Positions 33,567 to 44,218 of a stretch of DNA of 64,000 nt are shown piece after piece. The notes below the pieces were generated by a model. That model saw nothing but the letters and a program-made list of their open reading frames with translations. It was not told the DNA's origin and ran no database searches. The DNA is taken from NCBI GenBank assembly GCA_963813155.1, contig CAWEYG010000001.1:160001-224000 (forward strand), in the 5' to 3' direction. The translations under genes and the position numbers were made by a program. The DNA is from an uncultured Acidobacteriota bacterium (GTDB lineage Bacteria; Acidobacteriota; Thermoanaerobaculia; UBA5066; DATFVB01). Each line of letters begins with the position of its first letter. Within the stretch, counting starts at the first letter, position 1.

Positions 33567-35612
33567 GCCTTCCGCCCTTGCAACAGCGACTCGGCCTGCC
33601 GGACGACGTTCTCGGCGCTGATTCCGAGCTCTTTGAACACCGTCCCCGCCGGCGCCGAGGCGCCGAAACGGTCGATGCCGATCGAAATCCCCTCCGCCCC
33701 GACGTACTTCTCCCAGCCGAAGGTCGCTCCGGCCTCGACGGAGATCCGCGCCCGGACGTCGGCGGGAAGCACCTCGTCCCGGTACTCGCGCGTCTGGCGG
33801 TCGAAGATCTGCGTCGAAGGCATCGAGACGACCCGTGCCGCGACGCTCTTCCCGGCGAGAGTCTCCTGGGCCGCGAGCGCGACCGCAACTTCGGAGCCGC
33901 TCGCGATCAGGATCAGGCGGGGCTTTCCCGACGGGGGATCGGAGAGAACGTAGCCGCCTCTCGCGGCGCCCTTCGCGGACGCGAGCTTCGCCCGGTCGAG
34001 AACGGGAAGCCCCTGGCGCGTGAGCACGAGGCCGACCGGCCCTTCCCGGTGCCCGATCGCCGACCTCCAGGCCTCCGCGGTTTCGTTCGCGTCGGCGGGC
34101 CGAATCAGGGTCATGTTCGGCATGGCGCGGAACGACGCGAGGTGCTCGATCGGCTGATGCGTCGGGCCGTCCTCGCCGAGACCGACCGAGTCGTGCGTCC
34201 AGACGTAGATCACGGGAAGCCGGGAAAGGCACGCGAGCCGCACGGACGGGCGCATGTAGTCGGAGAAGATGAAGAACGTCGCGCCGAACGGCCGCACGCC
34301 GCCGTGCGCGGCCATGCCGTTCAGGGCCGCTCCCATGCCGTGCTCGCGAATCCCCCAGTGGAAGTTTCGCCCGGCCGTCGCCGCTTCGAAGTCTTCTTCG
34401 CCGTCGAGGAGCGTGTCGGTCGAGGGAGCGAGGTCCGCGGAACCTCCCGCGAGCGCGGGGTAGCGCTTCGCGATCTTGTTCAGCACCTTTCCCGACGCCT
34501 TGCGCGTCGCGAGCTTTCCGTCCGCGACGGCGAATTCCGGGATTTCCGAGTCCCACCCGTCCGGGAGCCCGCCCTCGAGGTCCCGGCGGAATTCCGCCGC
34601 AAGGTCCGGGATACCGCCGGGCGTATTCGTCGAACGCGGCCTGCCAATCCTGTTGCGCCTGTCCCGCGCGCTTCCCGGCGTCGCGCCAGCGGGCGAGAGC
34701 CTCCGGGGGAACGGCGAAATGCTCGTCCGGGTTCCATCCGAGGACCATCTTCGTCGCGCGGACTTCTTCCTCGCCGAGCGGCGATCCGTGCGCGTCGGCC
34801 GAGTCGGTCTTGTGGGGAGAGGGGTAACCGATGTGCGATCTCATGATGACGAGGGAAGGCCTTCCGGTCTCGGCGGCCGCCTCTCCGTAGGCCTTCTCGA
34901 GCGCGTCCACGTCGTTCGCGTCGGGAACCCGCAGGACGTGCCAGCCGTATCCCTCGAATCGCTTCTGCACGTCCTCGTCGAAGGCGAGCTTCGTGTCCCC
35001 CTCGATCGTGATGTGATTGTCGTCGTAGAGAAGATTCAGCTTTCCGAGCCGCAGATGACCCGCGAGCGACGCCGCTTCCGAGGCGACTCCCTCCATGAGG
35101 TCGCCGTCGCTGCAAAACCCCCACACCCGGTGATTCACGATCTCCTGGCCGGGCCGGTTGAAGCGTTTCGCGAGCAGCCGTTCCGCGATCGCCATGCCGA
35201 CGGCGTTTCCGAATCCCTGGCCGAGCGGTCCGGTCGTGACCTCCACGCCCGGCGTGTGCCCGCGCTCCGGGTGTCCCGGCGTGGACGAGCCCCACTGCCG
35301 GAAATTCTTGATGTCGTCGAGCGAAACACCGTAGCCGGTCAGAAACAGAACCGAGTAGAGCAGCATCGAGGCGTGACCGTTGGACAGGATGAAGCGGTCG
35401 CGGTCCGGCCAGTTCGGATCGGCCGGGTTGTATCGAAGCCGGCGCGTCCACAGCGCGTAGGCCGCGGGCGCAAGCGCCATCGGCGTCCCCGGGTGGCCCG
35501 ATTCCGCTTTCTGAACCGCGTCCATGGAAAGCGTCCGAATCGTGTCGATGCAGAGCTGGTCGAGCTGGAGATCCGCGCTCGACGGCGCGGCTTCGTTCCG
35601 GACTGAGCTCAC
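33563..35612 (-). CDS. tkt: Transketolase; apparent frameshift ~34605
   Basis: [65 protein letters not shown]. Confidence 0.96.
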
Positions 35613-35693
35613 TCGGACCTCTCTTTCCCTCAAGATGTAATCACATGCGAAATCAATTCCAAAACCGGGCCGAATCGGAATATTCTCACGAAA

Positions 35694-37245
35694 ATGCCCG
35701 ACCGCGGCGCCCCGCCCTCCCGGCCCGTCGTCCTCGTCATCTGCGACGGCTGGGGCGTTCGCGACGAAACGCCGGGAAATGCGATCGCTCTCGCGAGAAC
35801 TCCGAACTATCGGCGAATGCTCGCGGAATACCCGTCGACGACGCTGCGGGCGTCCGGCGAGGACGTGGGCCTGCCGGCCGGCCAGATGGGAAATTCCGAG
35901 GTGGGGCACCTGAATCTCGGCGCGGGGAGGATGGTTCCCCAGGACATCCTGCGGATCGATCTCGGGATCCGCGACGGGTCCTTCTTCCGAAACCCGGCGC
36001 TTCTCGGCGCCTGCGAGGCGGCGAAGGCCCGCGGGACCGCGCTCCACCTGATGGGCCTCGTTTCCGACGGCGGCGTTCACTCCCACGAGAACCATCTCTT
36101 CGCGCTGCTCGAGCTCGCTTCCCGGCACGGCCCTCCGGACGTGTTCGTGCACGCCTTCCTGGACGGCCGGGACACTCCTCCGCAATCGGCCCCGCTCTAC
36201 ATCAAAAGGCTCGAGGACGCGATTTCCCGCGTCGGGACGGGCCGAATCTCGACGATCTCGGGCCGCTACTACGCGATGGACCGCGACAACCGCTGGGATC
36301 GAACCGAGAAGGCCTACGCGGCAATCGCCCTCGGAATCGGAATGCGGGCCGTGAGCCCGGCCGAAGCGCTCGCGAACGCGGCCCTCCGCGGCGAGACCGA
36401 CGAGTTCGTCGCCCCGACGGTCGTTCTGGACGGCGACGACCCGGTCGGGAGCCTCGCGGCGGGAGATGCGGCCGTCTTCTTCAACTTTCGGGCGGATCGC
36501 GCCCGACAGCTGACCGAAGCCGTCACGCAGGAGGACTTCTCGCGCTTTCCGCGCGAGGCCCTCCCCGGCGTCGACTTCGTGTGCATGACCCGGTACAAGA
36601 AGGAATTCGCGCTGCCGGTCGCGTTTCCGCCCCAGCGGCTCGTCAACATTCTCGCGCAGGTCTGGGAATCGGCGCAGGTCCTGAATCTCCGGCTCGCGGA
36701 GACCGAGAAATACGCCCACGTGACGTACTTCTTCAACGGCGGGGTCGAGAAGGAGTTCGCGGGAGAGTCGCGCCTGCTCGTTCCCTCCCCGAAGGTCGCG
36801 ACGTACGACCTCGCGCCCCGCATGGCCGCTCCCGAAATCACCGAGAAAGCGCTCGAGGCGGTCTCCTCGGGCGTCTACGACGCGATCGTGATGAATTTCG
36901 CGAACGCGGACATGGTCGGCCACACGGGCAAGCTCGAGCCGACCGTCGAAGCGGTGGAATGCCTCGACGCCTGTCTCGGGCAACTTCTCGACGCGGTCCT
37001 CGCCCGAGGCGGAGCGCTCCTGATGACCGGAGACCACGGAAACGCGGAGCAGATGATCGACCCGGAGACGGGGGCGCCGCAGACCGCCCACACGACGAAT
37101 CCCGTTCCGCTCATCGTCGCGACGAACGACGATCGCCGCCCTCTCGCCGACCGGAGGCGCCCTGAAGGACGTCGCGCCGACGATTCTCGGCCTGATGGGC
37201 ATTCCCGTTCCGAAGGAGATGACCGGGCGAGATCTGCGGCGATGA
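35694..37245 (+). CDS. gpmI: 2,3-bisphosphoglycerate-independent phosphoglycerate mutase; apparent frameshift ~37155
   Basis: [54 protein letters not shown]; C-terminal LKDVAPTIL in shifted frame. Confidence 0.95.
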
Positions 37246-39074
37246 CCTCCCTTCGCGTCGCGTCGCCGCCCGACCGGCCCACGATGCTCTTCGACGGAGA
37301 CTGCGGCTTCTGCCGGTTCTGGGTCGAGCGATGGAAGCCGAAGCTCGAGGGCAGGGTCGACTTTCGCCCGTTTCAGGAGGAGGGCGGCCGGTTTCCCGAG
37401 ATTCCCCGTCGAACAATTCCGGAAAGCCGTGCACCTCGTCCAGCCCTCCGGGGAAGTGACGCGCGGCGCGGAGGCCGTCTTCCAGGCGCTCTCGGAGCGA
37501 GGACGGCGCTGGCCGCTCGCGCTCTACCGCCATCTTCCCGGCTTCGCCGCCGTCACGGAGCTCGCCTACCGCGCGATCGCGGATCACCGAATCTCGCGGC
37601 GAAGCTGACGACGCTCTCGTGGGGACGAGATCCTTCGCCCGCCGACGTACGCGCGCTCGACCTGGCTCTTCTTGCGGATTCTGGGCGCGATCTCCCTCGC
37701 CGCGTTCCTGTCTCTCGCCGTCCAGATCGACGGTCTCGTCGGAGAAAACGGGATTCTCCCCGCGCGGCGATTCCTGCAGGCCGTCTCGGACCAGGTCGGG
37801 ACTGCGGAAGCTCTGGCTCGCTCCGACGCTCTGCTGGATCTCCGGCTCGAACGGATTTCTCCACGCCCTGTGCCTCGCCGGGGCGATCGGCTCCATCCTG
37901 CTGATGCTCGACTTCGCGCCGGCGCTGTGCGCGTTCCTCCTCTGGGCCCTCTACCTCTCGCTCGGCGTCGTGTGCCAGGACTTCCTGGCCTTCCAGTGGG
38001 ACACGCTGCTCCTGGAGGCGCTGTTTCTCGCGATCTTTCTCGCTCCGCTGCGCCTCCGCCGGGGCGGGCCCGAGGAGCCTCCCGGCATCGCGCACGGACT
38101 CGCCCGCTGGCTGCTCTTCCGCCTGATGTTCTTCTCCGGCGTCGTCAAGCTCGGCAGCGGCGACCGGACGTGGCGCGGCCTCACGGCTCTTCGCCACCAC
38201 TACGAGACGCAGCCGCTTCCGACGGGGATCGGCTGGTACGCGCACCACCTTCCCGCGAAAGCCCAGAGCGCCTCCGCCGCGGTCCTGTTCGCCGTCGAGC
38301 TCGCCGCGCCGTTCCTGATCTTCGCGCCGCGCCGGCTTCGCAATCTCGGGCTCGCCCTGCTCGTGGCGCTCCAGGTCGCGATCGGCCTGACGGGCAACTA
38401 CGCGTTCTTCAACCTGCTCGCGATCGCGCTCTGCGTGCTCGCGTGCGACGACCAGACGCTGCCCGGCCGCTTCCCCGCCGGGCGCGAGCGCGCGCCCGGG
38501 CGCGCCGCAGATGGCCCCGGCCCGTGCTCGCCGCTCTTGCGGTCGTCATCGTCGCCGTCAGCGGCATCGAGGCCGAAGAGGCTCTCTTCCACCGCGCGTG
38601 GCCGCAGCCGGCCGTCTGGCTCGCGCGAGGCCGCCGAGCCGTTTCGAACGATCAACAGCTACGGCCTCTTCGCCGTGATGACGACGACGCGCCCGGAGAT
38701 CGTCGTCGAGGGAAGCGCCGACGGGGAGACCTGGAAGCCCTACGAGTTCCGCTGGAAGCCGGGGAATCTCGCGCGCCGGCCCGCGTTCGTCGAACCGCAC
38801 CAGCCGCGCCTGGACTGGCAGATGTGGTTCGCGGCGCTCGGCTCGCTCGAGCAGAACCCGTGGCTCGAGGGATTTCCTGTCGCGGCTCCTCGAAGGCTCC
38901 CCCGACGTGCTGCGCCTCCTGAAGACCAACCCCTTTCCCGGCGCTCCGCCGCGCTACGTCCGCGCGCTCCTGTACGACTACAAGTTCACGACCCTGGAGG
39001 AAAAACGGCGGACGGGGAACTGGTGGAAGCGCGAGCTCCTCGGGGCCTATTCGCCGGTGTTCTCGAAACGCTAG
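37242..39074 (+). CDS. DCC1-like CxxC domain fused to lipase maturation factor (LMF) domain; several frameshifts
   Basis: FDGDCGFC; [55 protein letters not shown]. Confidence 0.85.
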
Positions 39075-40483
39075 ACCGTCGCGACCTTCATCAGGTTCGT
39101 CGCGCCCCGGCCGCGCGTGGAGCCGGAGACGATCGACGATGCGGTCCCCGGGTCTTCAGAGTAGCCGCCCCGCCGCAGCTTCGCCTTCGCATTCTCGACC
39201 ATCCGGTCGGTGTTCGACGGCATCGCGAGAGACACGCCGGTGACGCCCGCGTACAGCGTCACTTTCCGGCACGCTTCCTTCTTCCGCGCGATCGCGTAGA
39301 TCGGCCTCCCCCGGACGAATTTCGACAGGAGCAGCGCCGTCCGACCGGTCTCGGTGAAGCAGACGATCGCGCGCGCTCCCACTTCGGAGGCCGTCTGGCA
39401 GGCGGCCTTCGTCACCGCGTGCGCGACCGACGTGTCGCTGCGGGACAGGAACGTGCTCTTCAGGAATTCCGACTCCTCCGCGACGCGCGCGATCGTCGCC
39501 ATCATCCGCACGGATTCCCGCGGATACCGCCCCGCCGCCGTCTCGGCCGAGAGCATGACGGCGTCGGTGCCGTCGAAGATCGCGTTCGCGACGTCGGAAG
39601 CCTCCGCACGGGTCGGCCTCGCGTGCTCGATCATCGATTCGAGCATCTGGGTCGCCGTGATCACGGGGATCTCCCGTTCGTTCGCCCGGTTGATGAGACG
39701 CTTCTGGATCTCGGGCACGTCCTGCGCCGGCAGCTCGACGCCGAGGTCGCCCCGGGCGACCATGAGCCCGTCCGCGACGTCCAGGATCCGGTCGAGATCC
39801 TCCAGCGCCTCCGGCTTTTCGATCTTCGCGATGACGGGAAGATCGGCGGAGCTGCGGCGAAGGAGCTTCTTCAGCAACTCGATGTCGCGGGCGGACCTCA
39901 CGAAGGATTGGGCCAGGAAATCGACGCCGGCGGCCGACGCGAACGCCAGGTCCCGCCGGTCCTTCCGCGTGAGGGGCCCGATGGAAAGCCTCACGCCGGG
40001 AAAATTCAGCCCTTTGTGCTCGTGAAGAAGTCCCCCGATCCGCACGCGGCATTCCACTCTCGACCGCCTCACCTTTTCGACGACCCATTCGAGCAGGCCG
40101 TCGTCGACGAGAATGCGGTCTCCCGCCGACACGTCGCGCGCGAGACGGGGGTAATTCGTCGGGATGTCGGAGCCGGCGGCTTCCGAAGCGGGAACGAGAA
40201 CCACCCGCTCTCCCGCTCGGACCTCCCGGGGACCGCCGGCGAGCGTTCCCGTGCGGATTTTCGGTCCCGACAGGTCGAAGATGATCGGAATCGGCCGGCC
40301 GAGGCGCCGCTCCATTCCGCGAACGGCGTCGATCCGTCTCCGATGGTCGCGGGCCTCGCCGTGCGAGGCGTTCAGGCGAACGATGTCGACGCCGGCCTCG
40401 AGGATCGCGGCCAGGATCCCCGGCGGGTCCGTCGCGGGCCCCAGCGTCGCGATGATCTTGGTCCGGCGAAACGGTCTGGCCAT
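39071..40483 (-). CDS. pyk: Pyruvate kinase (possible compensating indels near C-terminus)
   Basis: RTKIIATLGP, RLNASHG, DLSGPKIR, IAKIE, MVARGDLGVE, ATQMLESM, DGTDAVMLSAET. Confidence 0.96.
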   Translation of the reverse strand: MARPFRRTKIIATLGPATDPPGILAAILEAGVDIVRLNASHGEARDHRRRIDAVRGMERRLGRPIPIIFDLSGPKIRTGTLAGGPREVRAGERVVLVPASEAAGSDIPTNYPRLARDVSAGDRILVDDGLLEWVVEKVRRSRVECRVRIGGLLHEHKGLNFPGVRLSIGPLTRKDRRDLAFASAAGVDFLAQSFVRSARDIELLKKLLRRSSADLPVIAKIEKPEALEDLDRILDVADGLMVARGDLGVELPAQDVPEIQKRLINRANEREIPVITATQMLESMIEHARPTRAEASDVANAIFDGTDAVMLSAETAAGRYPRESVRMMATIARVAEESEFLKSTFLSRSDTSVAHAVTKAACQTASEVGARAIVCFTETGRTALLLSKFVRGRPIYAIARKKEACRKVTLYAGVTGVSLAMPSNTDRMVENAKAKLRRGGYSEDPGTASSIVSGSTRGRGATNLMKVATV

Positions 40484-40491
40484 CTCGAGCG

Positions 40492-41841
40492 TCAGGCCCG
40501 CGTTTTTCGAAACCGGGCGAGCCGTTGCCGGAGGGGACGCAGGCGGGCCTTCACGCCGTGGTACACGCGAAACGCAAGCACTTCCGCCGCGCGCGCCATC
40601 TGCCGGGGCGTGCCGATCCACCGGACCTCCCGGCGGCGGAGCTTGTCCATCTCCGCCCTCAGCTCGGCATAGAACGCTTCGTCGCCCCGAAAGAACATGT
40701 TTTTCAAGCCGCAAAGCGACGGCTCGACGCACTGGCGCTTGAGGGTTTCGAACCGGCCCTCGCGATAGAACATCCGCCCGCCCCTCAGCATGACCTCGCG
40801 CTGCTCTTCCCGCATCTTCGTGAATTTCGGGCCCTGCCAGTGGCTCTGGAACGTGCCCTCGAGCGCGTTGCCGAGGGGCTTGTACTCCGGGTTCAGCAGC
40901 ATGCAACAGGGGTACAGCTCCCCGTTGCCGCGAACCGTCGCCGTGTACCAGCCGAAAAAGCACTGCCCGTCGATCTCCCGAAAGGACGGCGCCGTCGGAA
41001 ATACCTCGCGCGGAGGCTCCGCAATCTGCCTTCGAATTTCGTCGGCCATGACGTTCCATGCCTGGAACGGAAAGAAGATCTGGAGCCGACCGGCCTCGCG
41101 GTCCTCCCGCAGGACCTCTTCGAGATAGGGTCGGAGCGCCTCGCCGTCGGCGATTTCGTCGAACAGGAGATTTCCGTCGATGCGCTCGAGTGGAATTTCG
41201 AGCACCGGGTTGACGGCGATCCGGTCGACGCCGAGCGAGCGCCCGAGGCGGTACATCGCCGGGAGATCGGAGAAATTCTTCCGGTCGATCAGGAACTGGA
41301 CCACGACATTCGGAAAGGCCCCGCTGCCGCGAGCGGCGAGGAGCCCTCGAACGTTCTCGAGAACCCTGTCGAACGTCGCCTCCGGCACCTGCATCATGCG
41401 CCGGTAGTCGGCCGCGTCGGCCGCGTTCAGCGAAAAGAGGACTTCGCGGCAACGGTTCTCGACGAGCCGCCGCGCGATGTCGGGCCCGAGCAGGGCGCCG
41501 TTGGTCGTCAGGTTGTCCACGACGACGCCGCGCGACTGCAGGTGGTCGAAGACTTCGACGATCTCGCGGTGATAGAGGGGATCGCCTCCTCCGGAGAGGC
41601 GCACCGACTTCAGCCCGCCTTCGACGAGCTCGTCGACCAGACGGCGCACGTGCTCGATCGACAGTTGCTCTTTCGTGCGGACATCCTGCTGGTTGCAGAA
41701 GTAGCAGGCGACGTTGCAGCGGTCCGTGACGTCGAGCTCCGCGTGCACGGGACCGCGCGTCGAAGCGCCGCCGGCGATCGCCGCGATGATCTCGCGCTTT
41801 CTCTCCGTCTCGATCTCGGCCCAGCCGTGCGAACCCGCCAT
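40492..41841 (-). CDS. Radical SAM protein with SPASM/twitch domain
   Basis: CNVACYFC, SGGGDP, TTNG; C-terminal CFFGW..VRGNGELYPCC..C..C; TATACT 7 nt before ATG. Confidence 0.88.
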   Translation of the reverse strand: MAGSHGWAEIETERKREIIAAIAGGASTRGPVHAELDVTDRCNVACYFCNQQDVRTKEQLSIEHVRRLVDELVEGGLKSVRLSGGGDPLYHREIVEVFDHLQSRGVVVDNLTTNGALLGPDIARRLVENRCREVLFSLNAADAADYRRMMQVPEATFDRVLENVRGLLAARGSGAFPNVVVQFLIDRKNFSDLPAMYRLGRSLGVDRIAVNPVLEIPLERIDGNLLFDEIADGEALRPYLEEVLREDREAGRLQIFFPFQAWNVMADEIRRQIAEPPREVFPTAPSFREIDGQCFFGWYTATVRGNGELYPCCMLLNPEYKPLGNALEGTFQSHWQGPKFTKMREEQREVMLRGGRMFYREGRFETLKRQCVEPSLCGLKNMFFRGDEAFYAELRAEMDKLRRREVRWIGTPRQMARAAEVLAFRVYHGVKARLRPLRQRLARFRKTRA

Positions 41842-41872
41842 CGGTTCGAGTATACCTTCCGAAGAAAATCTC

Positions 41873-42724
41873 TCAGGCCGAGGCTGCGACGGTCTTCTCC
41901 ATCCGCTCCAGCACCGAAACGGGCGCCCGCTCCGGAACGACGAGGGCCGTCCGCGGAACGATGAACGTCTGTTCCAGCGCGAAGCGGCCCGACAGGACGG
42001 CATGGGCGACGGTGTCCGTGAATACCATCCATCCGGAACCGGGCGGGAAGGACGTCTCCACTTTCGGGCAAGTCGCCTGGTACCGGTCGTTCTCCTTCAG
42101 GAAATGGTGGAAGCGAAGCATGAAATCGTCGTATCGGGGCCGTCCCAGGAGGCGGCGCCAGCTCGCGCGGCCGAGGATCCCCGACGAAACGGCGTACTTC
42201 TTCGCGAGAGCCTCGAATCGCTCGCGCCCGGTGACCCACCGGCGGGGGTCTTTCTCGTTCAGGTTCGCGAAGACGCGCAGGATCCTTCCGCCGCGTGTCG
42301 GACGGGTGGGAAAAGAGTCGACGTGCAGCAGGTCGTTGCGTGAACGCAGGGCGAGCGGCCGGCCCGCCTCCTCGATCGGACGAAAGCTCGCGTAGTCGAG
42401 CTCCGCGGCGACGTAGGAGGGAAAGAGGAAGGAGAGGAATCGCCGGGCGCCGTCGGAGTATCGGGAAAGAATCGACCGCAGCCGCTCGGCCTGGGCCGGG
42501 TCCTTCGAGGAGAACCCCGTCAACCGGCCCTCCTCCGGCCGGAAGGCGATGTTCTTGTGGAAGCTGGAATCGGTCGCGTCGAGGCCGAGCAGGAAGGCCC
42601 GATCTTCGGCAGGCACCGCGATCGGCGACGCGGGGAACAGGAGAATTCCCCCCATCTCGAGGGCTCGCTGGCAGCGACTCCGACGGAGGGGATCGAGAGC
42701 CGCGGCGTTCGAAATGGAAATCAT
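41873..42724 (-). CDS. Kdo hydroxylase (KdoO) family dioxygenase
   Basis: ASFRP, RNDLLHVDSFPTRPTRGGRILRVFAN, YDDFMLRFH, FPPGSGWMVFTDTVAHAVLSGRFALEQT. Confidence 0.8.
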   Translation of the reverse strand: MISISNAAALDPLRRSRCQRALEMGGILLFPASPIAVPAEDRAFLLGLDATDSSFHKNIAFRPEEGRLTGFSSKDPAQAERLRSILSRYSDGARRFLSFLFPSYVAAELDYASFRPIEEAGRPLALRSRNDLLHVDSFPTRPTRGGRILRVFANLNEKDPRRWVTGRERFEALAKKYAVSSGILGRASWRRLLGRPRYDDFMLRFHHFLKENDRYQATCPKVETSFPPGSGWMVFTDTVAHAVLSGRFALEQTFIVPRTALVVPERAPVSVLERMEKTVAASA

Positions 42725-42765
42725 ACGGCCGCCGAATCCGACATCCCGGGGAGTTTAACCCGGCG

Positions 42766-43080
42766 CTACTTCCAGTGACCGTCGACCCAGTACCAGCCTT
42801 CGCGGGTGTGGCGCCAGTGGCCGGCCACCCAGCGGGCGCCGCGGCGGGGCCTCACGGCCCAGTGGCCTCCGACCCACACGTAAGCGTTGCCGCGCCACTC
42901 GTGGTGCCCGCCGATCCAGACGTGCTCGGGCCCGGGCGCCGTGCCGATGACTTCCACCTCGGCGGGCGGGGGGGCGATCCGCGCGTACACGACCCCGCGC
43001 GGCGGAGGCGGAGGACAGCCGACGAGCAGCGGAAGGACGAGGACGGCGGCAACGAGGAGAGCAGGAATGCGAATCTTCAT
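42766..43080 (-). CDS. WxxGxW-repeat (YXWGXW) lipoprotein
   Basis: SD GGAGG; lipobox LLVGC; repeats WIGGHHEW, WVGGHW, WVAGHW, WVDGHW. Confidence 0.85.
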   Translation of the reverse strand: MKIRIPALLVAAVLVLPLLVGCPPPPPRGVVYARIAPPPAEVEVIGTAPGPEHVWIGGHHEWRGNAYVWVGGHWAVRPRRGARWVAGHWRHTREGWYWVDGHWK

Positions 43081-43131
43081 GGCGAGCTCCCTCCTATCGG
43101 GCAAGGATAGCAATTCCCGGATCGGGCGGAC

Positions 43132-43443
43132 CTATTTCCAGCTGCCGTCCCGGTAGCGCCATCCCCGGTCGGAGTGGTCCCAGCTGCCCTTCTCCCAGTG
43201 GGCGCCGGCGCGGGGCGGCTTCTGCCAGCTCCCCTTCTGCCACGTGTACCCGCCTCCCCGCCAGATGTGATGCCCGCCCACCCAGATGAAGTCGGGGCCC
43301 GGCGCGACGCCGTAGACCTCGACCTCCTCGGCGGGAGGCCCGTAGGACGCGTACCCGTAGGTCGCGCAGCCCGCGAGAAGGGGAAAAGCCGCAGCCGCGG
43401 CGAGCAGAAGAACTTTCTGACGTATCTTCTTCGTAAACATCAC
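43132..43443 (-). CDS. WxxGxW-repeat (YXWGXW) lipoprotein, paralog
   Basis: Lipobox LLAGC; WVGGHHIW, WQKGSW, WEKGSW, YRDGSW. Confidence 0.85.
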   Translation of the reverse strand: MMFTKKIRQKVLLLAAAAAFPLLAGCATYGYASYGPPAEEVEVYGVAPGPDFIWVGGHHIWRGGGYTWQKGSWQKPPRAGAHWEKGSWDHSDRGWRYRDGSWK

Positions 43444-43467
43444 GAACTCCTTCGAGATGTAGGAAAG

Positions 43468-43483
43468 TGCAATTTTCGGGCCG
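43468..43483 (-). promoter_or_regulatory. Candidate sigma54 -24/-12 promoter
   Basis: CGGCCCGAAAATTGCA (GG-N10-GC, TTGC) followed by SD GGAG and start. Confidence 0.65.
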
Positions 43484-43495
43484 GGAGACGGGGTA

Positions 43496-44218
43496 CTAAG
43501 GCTTCTCCGCCTCGCCCGTCATCGGGACGAAGCGGACCGGGAGGACCGATCTTTCCGTCACGGTTCCGTCGGCCGCCTTCGCGAAGACTTTCAGCTCCTG
43601 GTAGAAATCGCCGACGGGAATGACCATGCGGCCGTTGGGGGCGAGCTGGTCGAGCAGCGGCTCCGGAATCTTCCGCGGCGCGGCCGTCACGATGATCGCG
43701 TCGAACGGCGCCGCCTCGGGCCACCCGCGGTAGCCGTCGCCGACTCGGAACTCGATGTTCTCGCAATGCAGGGCGCGAAGCTTTTCCTCCGCCTTTCGCG
43801 CGATCTCCGGAAGGATCTCGATCGAATACACGCGGCTCGCGATCCGCGACAGGATCGCCGATTCGTAGCCGGAGCCCGTGCCGATCTCGAGCACCCGGTC
43901 CGCCGGCTGAATGTCGAGGAGCTCCGTCATCAGCGCGGCAACGTAGGGCTGCGTGACAGTCTGCCCGTCCCCGATCGGCAGCGGGTGATCCGCGTAAGCC
44001 TCGTGGCGGTACCGCGCGTCCACGAAGAGCTCTCGCGGGATCTGCCCCATCGCTTCGAGAACCCGGGCGTCCCGAACGCCCCGCGCGGAAATCTGCGTGC
44101 GGACCATGCGGGTCCGAGCTTCGGCTTCCGGGTCGCCGGCCATTTTCTTTTCGCCTCCGCAGGCCGCGCAGGCCAACGCCGCCGTCAGCAGCAGCGTGGC
44201 TTCGCGACGTGCCGTCAT
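43496..44218 (-). CDS. pcm: Protein-L-isoaspartate O-methyltransferase with N-terminal lipoprotein-like signal
   Basis: AYADHPLPIGDGQTVTQP, VLEIGTGSGY, APFDAIIVTAAP, VRFVPM. Confidence 0.92.
   Translation of the reverse strand: MTARREATLLLTAALACAACGGEKKMAGDPEAEARTRMVRTQISARGVRDARVLEAMGQIPRELFVDARYRHEAYADHPLPIGDGQTVTQPYVAALMTELLDIQPADRVLEIGTGSGYESAILSRIASRVYSIEILPEIARKAEEKLRALHCENIEFRVGDGYRGWPEAAPFDAIIVTAAPRKIPEPLLDQLAPNGRMVIPVGDFYQELKVFAKAADGTVTERSVLPVRFVPMTGEAEKP

Noticed and set aside
35635-35646. Near-palindrome ATGTAATCACAT between tkt and gpmI
   Set aside because: Short single site with no regulator nearby; cannot be supported beyond speculation
40492-43443. RiPP cluster of radical SAM/SPASM plus Trp-rich small proteins
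   Set aside because: The small proteins are lipoproteins of a known repeat type; no RRE, leader peptide, protease or exporter seen
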